A stretch of DNA of 54,966 nucleotides. Source: an uncultured archaeon. Its GTDB lineage: Archaea > Thermoplasmatota > Penumbrarchaeia > JASLWR01. The first letter of the stretch is position 1, and the number at the start of each line of letters is the position of its first letter. A model generated the notes under the pieces. The model saw nothing but the letters and a program-made list of their open reading frames with translations, was not told where the DNA came from and did not search any database. Shown piece after piece: positions 49,974-54,966 of this stretch. Location: contig CAYFHS010000027.1 in assembly GCA_964342815.1 (NCBI GenBank), positions 1 through 54,966 of the forward strand. Direction: 5' to 3'. Made by a program: the position numbers and the translations under genes.

Positions 49974-51872
49974 TTGGTGCTACTTCTTCCTATTGGCTTA
50001 AGATCCGGAGGAGATAAAACGTTCGAACTTCCGCGCTGTGATGATCTGGATGAGGAATGGTTCCTCACAACTGACGAAAAGCGGGAGTTGATCATCGAGA
50101 TGGCCACTAGAGGAACCGGGGCCATGGATGCTTATCTTAAACGGATGGCAAAGGATAAGAATTCCTCGGTGGCAAAACGTATTCGGAAGATCCGGTCCGA
50201 TCTAGAGAAGCAGTCTCAGGGTTTCAAAAAGATCCTTGAGGACCGATTTGCAAGGAAACGGAAGAACATTCGAAATACATATAAAAGGATCAGGGAGCGA
50301 TCGCGGCAGGACGAATTCGAATCCCGCATAAGCGATTCGAAAATGGGGGATATGATATCACTTGAGGATCTGGGTATCGAGGAAGACACCCTGATCGATA
50401 TACTTCTCGACCTGGAAAAATACGGGCGGAGGGTGAGCCGCTTAGGCAGGTTATGGTTCAGGATCAAAGAAACTTTTGTCAAGATATTCGGTGCTGTATT
50501 TCGGTTCTTCGTATGGTTGTTGATGAAGCTGCACATCCTTCACCCGGTTGAACCGGGGCATGACATGCCGCCGCCCTACCAGTTCATGCTCTCCTTCGGC
50601 GCAATGCGCTCGCCCTATGCCACTGTGGAATCCAACCTCACAGAGGCGATATCGTCATCTCCCGACATGGCCCAGGTGATAAAGAACAAGATGGGCGGCG
50701 GCATCAAGGGTGCCATGAAGGCGGCATGGGAAAAGATGTCGAATCCTCGGAGATTCAAGAAAAGAGTGCAGCAAATGGTGGCGGACGAACTGAAGGAAAA
50801 ACTCAAGGAGACCCGTGAAGAAAGCAAAAAGAAAAAGGAAGAGTTCGAAAGATTGCTGGAGGCTGAGCAGAAAAGGCAGGAGGAAATCCAGGAGGAAGAA
50901 CGCAAAAAGGTTCAAGAGCTGGATGAGGATGAAAAAGAGGAAATGAACCGCCAGTATCGGGAGATGAGCAAATCACCGTTGAAAAAGGTCAAAGAGGAGA
51001 TCTCCGATGAGCTGGAAAAGATGGGCCTTGTTGAAAAAGAAGGAGACGAGATGGCCATCACATCACGACTCATCGATATATTTTCCGAGATCGTATTCTC
51101 CATGGAGGTCAAAAATATACCGTCCCATTATGCCTCGAAGTTCGGCGGGGGCGGCGTGAGTACCGGGATCTACAATACGAGACGAATGAGAAGCATCAAC
51201 GAGATGAGCCGGATGGATTTCGTACGGTCAATGGTGGAATCCCGTATATACAACCCGAAAAGCCATCATATATATGACGAGAATATCTATATTTACGAGG
51301 AAGAAAAGGGCTCGTGGCAGCATGTTGTGCTCGCATTCGATAAAAGCGGCTCCATGGCGGACAACCGTAAGATGGAAGCAGCGAAACGGGCGGTACTTGC
51401 ATTGTATAAAGCAGTGAAAAACTCCAACTCAAATAACGTTATCGATCTTGTTTCATTCGACACAACGGTAAACGTAATGGACCTCATGGAAGTATGGTCA
51501 TCCGAGCCGAACGGTTTTACAAATACCGGTGAGGCGTTGAAGGTTGCAGGGCAGCTCCTGCGGGATTCCAAAACGTCGAAGAAGAGCATTTACCTGATTA
51601 CGGACGGACTCCCCGAAGCCTATACCGCAAACGGGCGGGAATATGCGGGTGATTTTGAGGCGAGTATGGAATACGCCCTGAACTACGCTGAAGAATTAAA
51701 GAAAATACCTACGCTGAAATTCACTATTATCCTACTTGAGGTCAAGGATCAAAAATTCATCGACGCCGCAAAAAAGATCTCGAAGGTGCTGAAAGGAAAT
51801 ATAATTCTTACGAATCCGAAAAAACTGGCCTCGGAACTGCTGATCCAGTATTCGAAGACGCGAGTTGTATAG
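49974..51872 (+). CDS. VWA-domain protein with a long coiled-coil region
   Basis: MIDAS DKSGS, FTNTGEAL and YLITDGLP; E/K-rich coil. The start position is uncertain. Confidence 0.88.
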   Translation: MVLLLPIGLRSGGDKTFELPRCDDLDEEWFLTTDEKRELIIEMATRGTGAMDAYLKRMAKDKNSSVAKRIRKIRSDLEKQSQGFKKILEDRFARKRKNIRNTYKRIRERSRQDEFESRISDSKMGDMISLEDLGIEEDTLIDILLDLEKYGRRVSRLGRLWFRIKETFVKIFGAVFRFFVWLLMKLHILHPVEPGHDMPPPYQFMLSFGAMRSPYATVESNLTEAISSSPDMAQVIKNKMGGGIKGAMKAAWEKMSNPRRFKKRVQQMVADELKEKLKETREESKKKKEEFERLLEAEQKRQEEIQEEERKKVQELDEDEKEEMNRQYREMSKSPLKKVKEEISDELEKMGLVEKEGDEMAITSRLIDIFSEIVFSMEVKNIPSHYASKFGGGGVSTGIYNTRRMRSINEMSRMDFVRSMVESRIYNPKSHHIYDENIYIYEEEKGSWQHVVLAFDKSGSMADNRKMEAAKRAVLALYKAVKNSNSNNVIDLVSFDTTVNVMDLMEVWSSEPNGFTNTGEALKVAGQLLRDSKTSKKSIYLITDGLPEAYTANGREYAGDFEASMEYALNYAEELKKIPTLKFTIILLEVKDQKFIDAAKKISKVLKGNIILTNPKKLASELLIQYSKTRVV

Positions 51873-52052
51873 TTTATTCTTCAGTATCCTTTTCTTCTCA
51901 TTCTCAATATTCCATCATCACTCAGTTCTTCAACCGTTTTAGCCATGAAATGAACTACTTATACGGCGAAAGTTATTAATAAAAGCAAAAACATTTTGCC
52001 ACACAATGGAATGTTATTTGAGGTTAAGAAATTCGGAAATGTAGGTGTTAAA

Positions 52053-54344
52053 ATGAGAAACCTGAAAATACTATTTCTAATTCTCTATTCTACCTTATTG
52101 GTATTATCATCGTCAATGAACGTATCCAATTCCGAAGTTAAAATCAAAGAAGAAGATACCGGTTTTCTCCATCTAAACGGAAGAGATGTTGCTAATTATT
52201 ATGGATTGGAAGAATCTATCGAAGCCTATTCCGATTGGTTCAATCTTTTAAAATGGTCTCCAAACGGAAAATTTCTAGCATCATTGTCCTATAGCTGTGA
52301 ATTGAAAATTTGGTCTACATCGGATTGGCTTCAAGTTCAAGCCATCTCAACAAATGATTTGTCAGTATACGATTTAGATTGGTCTCCCGATAGTACAAAA
52401 TTGGTTATATGTGGAGAATCCACTCAAAATGATGATGATTATTTTATCAAGGTTTGGGATACTAATAGTTGGAATTTGGAAAGAACAATCGACAAAAACA
52501 GTACTCCATTTTCTATTGCATGGTCTCCAAATGGTGAAACGATAGTAGTCAATGCAATTCGAAGTATTGATTTAATAGATACAACTACATGGGAGTTATA
52601 TGATGTTATTTATGCCGATGATAGCCCTTCATTATTATCGTGGTCCCCCGATGGTTCATTATTGGCTTCAAGTTTCAACTCAATGTTTGAATCAACTGAG
52701 ATCGAAATAAGAGAAACAAGTACTTGGGATCGTATTCAGAGTATCACAGATATTCCTCATCTTGTCTATGATATTGAATGGTCCCCGGATGGTAATAGAT
52801 TAGCATATATGACCGGAGGCCTTGATGAAGTTTCTTCATGCAGCTTGAATATATTTGGAACTTCAGATTGGACCTCTATTAAAACAATCAGTATTTTTGA
52901 TGCATGGATGGATGATCTGTCTTGGTCGCCTGACGGAAATCGAATAATAACCGGAGGAGGCTATGAAAATCCATGCAAGATATGGAATACCAATACCTGG
53001 GATTCCACTCAAGTTATAACATATGGGTCAAAAGCTGATATCAAACAAGTTGATTGGTCGCCTGATGGAGATTATATCGCAACTGGAACTACTTTTAGAC
53101 CAGAGCCTTATGACGGTCGAATTGAAATATATAGTGAAGACTCAGATATAGATGGTATTGCAGATATATCTGATGATTTTCCAGAAGATACTTCGGCCTC
53201 TATTGATACCGATAATGATGGTTTCCCAGATGAATGGAATGAAGGTAAATCATGGATTGATTCAACATCGGACCCTGCATTACGCCTTGATGCTTTTCCT
53301 AATGATATCGCAGCATCACGTGATTCTGACGGCGATGGATATCCCGGTGAATGGAATGAAGGTTATAATGAAAAAGACTCTACTGAAGATCTTGTGATTG
53401 ATGCATTCCCATATAATGAAGATCAATGGAACGATAGTGATGGTGATGGTTACGGAGATAATGACTGGGGATCATCATCTGATGATTTTCCCAATGACGA
53501 AACTCAGTGGGTGGATTCTGATATGGATGGATTCGGGAATAATCTCCATGGAAATAACCCCGATTTTTTTCCATTTGATATTGCGGCATCGAAAGACTCG
53601 GATGGTGACGGATCTCCAGATGAATGGAATCATGGCTATAATCAAGATGATTCAGAATCGGATCCACCTCTAAGACTTGATGATTATCCCATTGATCCCG
53701 CGGCTTCATTAGACTCTGACGGTGATGGATTTCCAGATGAGTGGAATCCATACATGAACGAAAGTAATTCTACAAATGGACTTTATTTGGATATGTTCCC
53801 TAATGATAACGCTGCATCAGTAGATAGTGATATTGATGGATATCCCGACAAATGGAATCCTGGTATGGATGAATCGAATTCTATTGAAAACTTAACCCTT
53901 GATGATTTTCCTGATGACCCATCGATTTATTTAGATACTGATAAAGATGGTTCCCCCGACAAATATAATTTAGAGATTGCAAATAAAGATTATTCAGGCG
54001 AGTTGAAATCTTTAGATAAGTTTCCAAACGACCCTGCTGCATCCGAGGATACCGATGTAGATGGATACCCTGATGAGTGGAACGAGGGGGAATCTGCGAA
54101 GAGTTCTACTACAGGATTAAAAATAGATGCTTTTCCAAAAGATCCCCACGAATGGAACGATAGCGATGGTGATGGAATCGGGGACAATAGTGATATGTTG
54201 CCGAACTTAGACAATACTCTCTTCTGGATACTAATTATCTCCGGGGTGATTGTACTCTTCGCAATTGTGGTATTGGTAATAATCCTAAAAAGGGGCCGAG
54301 CCAAAAAACAATTGAACTCATTATTGAAAGAAAAGCCAAGTTGA
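52053..54344 (+). CDS. Surface protein: WD40/beta-propeller plus about 11 thrombospondin type 3-like Ca-binding repeats and a C-terminal TM
   Basis: Seven WSP[N/D]-containing blades and D[S/T]DxDGxPDEWN repeats. ATG at 52053 follows AGGTG. Confidence 0.88.
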   Translation: MRNLKILFLILYSTLLVLSSSMNVSNSEVKIKEEDTGFLHLNGRDVANYYGLEESIEAYSDWFNLLKWSPNGKFLASLSYSCELKIWSTSDWLQVQAISTNDLSVYDLDWSPDSTKLVICGESTQNDDDYFIKVWDTNSWNLERTIDKNSTPFSIAWSPNGETIVVNAIRSIDLIDTTTWELYDVIYADDSPSLLSWSPDGSLLASSFNSMFESTEIEIRETSTWDRIQSITDIPHLVYDIEWSPDGNRLAYMTGGLDEVSSCSLNIFGTSDWTSIKTISIFDAWMDDLSWSPDGNRIITGGGYENPCKIWNTNTWDSTQVITYGSKADIKQVDWSPDGDYIATGTTFRPEPYDGRIEIYSEDSDIDGIADISDDFPEDTSASIDTDNDGFPDEWNEGKSWIDSTSDPALRLDAFPNDIAASRDSDGDGYPGEWNEGYNEKDSTEDLVIDAFPYNEDQWNDSDGDGYGDNDWGSSSDDFPNDETQWVDSDMDGFGNNLHGNNPDFFPFDIAASKDSDGDGSPDEWNHGYNQDDSESDPPLRLDDYPIDPAASLDSDGDGFPDEWNPYMNESNSTNGLYLDMFPNDNAASVDSDIDGYPDKWNPGMDESNSIENLTLDDFPDDPSIYLDTDKDGSPDKYNLEIANKDYSGELKSLDKFPNDPAASEDTDVDGYPDEWNEGESAKSSTTGLKIDAFPKDPHEWNDSDGDGIGDNSDMLPNLDNTLFWILIISGVIVLFAIVVLVIILKRGRAKKQLNSLLKEKPS

Positions 54345-54409
54345 TTTTTATTTAGAATTGAATATCACCACACTTTCATCAACAATCTTCTCAGGATGAC
54401 AATACTTAT

Positions 54410-54830
54410 CGGCTCCCCATTCCTCTATTAGAAGCAATGGGAGTACCACCCCGGTAATTAGACAAACTCACCGGAGTGAAGGTTGCGGGGATAACTCCTA
54501 GCTGTTCAGCGGTTATAGTTGTCCGGCTTTGGGGGGCACCAGAGAGAAGAAGCTAACGATATGCGCTCTGTCGGTTCTATTTTATTAGATTGAATTCACA
54601 TTTCTTCACAAATGAGTGAAGATGAATTACCAACATTCCCAATGTTGGCATAACCTTTGGAAACAGCGTTAACAGCTGTTTCCCACAGGTCCAAACAGAT
54701 ATTTGCAATCCATTTCAAGAGTTCCTTCGAGCGACGCGGGCCGAAGAAATCTTCGAATATTTCAAAGGAGAATGGATTTCAAAACCTTCCAATGTTCAGA
54801 TTCGAAATGGAGGAATTATGTAAATAATTG
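54410..54830 (+). ncRNA. Candidate structured non-coding element (about 420 nt)
   Basis: Hairpins CCAACATT/AATGTTGG, GGAAACAGC/GCTGTTTCC, CTTCAC/GTGAAG nested in AATTCA/TGAATT, ATCCATT/AATGGAT, CCCCG/CGGGG, and AATTAT-GTAA-ATAATT. No ORF in the track covers it. Confidence 0.55.
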
Positions 54831-54966
54831 TGATGAGAAAATTTTGTGAAGAAGACTATTATATTTAAATAATTGAATAGAAAATACACCTAACAATCTA
54901 AAAGTAGACCTTAGAATGAACATCAATTATTATTAATTTCAGAATCTAAGATGAAAATGTAACAAG

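Noticed and set aside
54410-54830. A third member of the 16368/29870 RNA family
   Set aside because: Only short words (GUGAA, AAUGUU, CCGCUGAA on the minus strand) are shared, and the two-helix core could not be aligned by eye. Reported as a separate candidate.

Overview
Archaeal chromosomal segment, most likely Thermoplasmatota (inference, not a database result). The evidence is GGAGG/GGTGA ribosome-binding sites, TATA-like promoters, adjacent isopentenyl phosphate kinase and type 2 IDI, archaeal-type CoaD, a NOG1 GTPase, a tRNA-Leu without encoded CCA, and many C-terminally anchored surface proteins. It carries a complete apbE + rnfCDGEAB cluster, housekeeping genes, an AAA+/VWA pair, a K+ channel, an RND/MMPL transporter and several large secreted proteins. 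I found no integrase, transposase, cas gene or convincing CRISPR array. The most striking signal is non-coding. Two distant intergenic regions (16368-16565 on the minus strand, about 29870-30290 on the plus strand) are homologous, highly structured RNA-like elements. They share a two-helix core with compensatory base changes and a conserved GCUGAAUA 3' end, but have very different loop insertions, and I could not assign them to a known RNA family. A third hairpin-dense stretch of about 420 nt (54410-54830), a tRNA-linked tandem hairpin array (46221-46527) and a structured leader (27075-27215) add to an unusually rich non-coding content. All structures were read by eye; no folding or database search was run.
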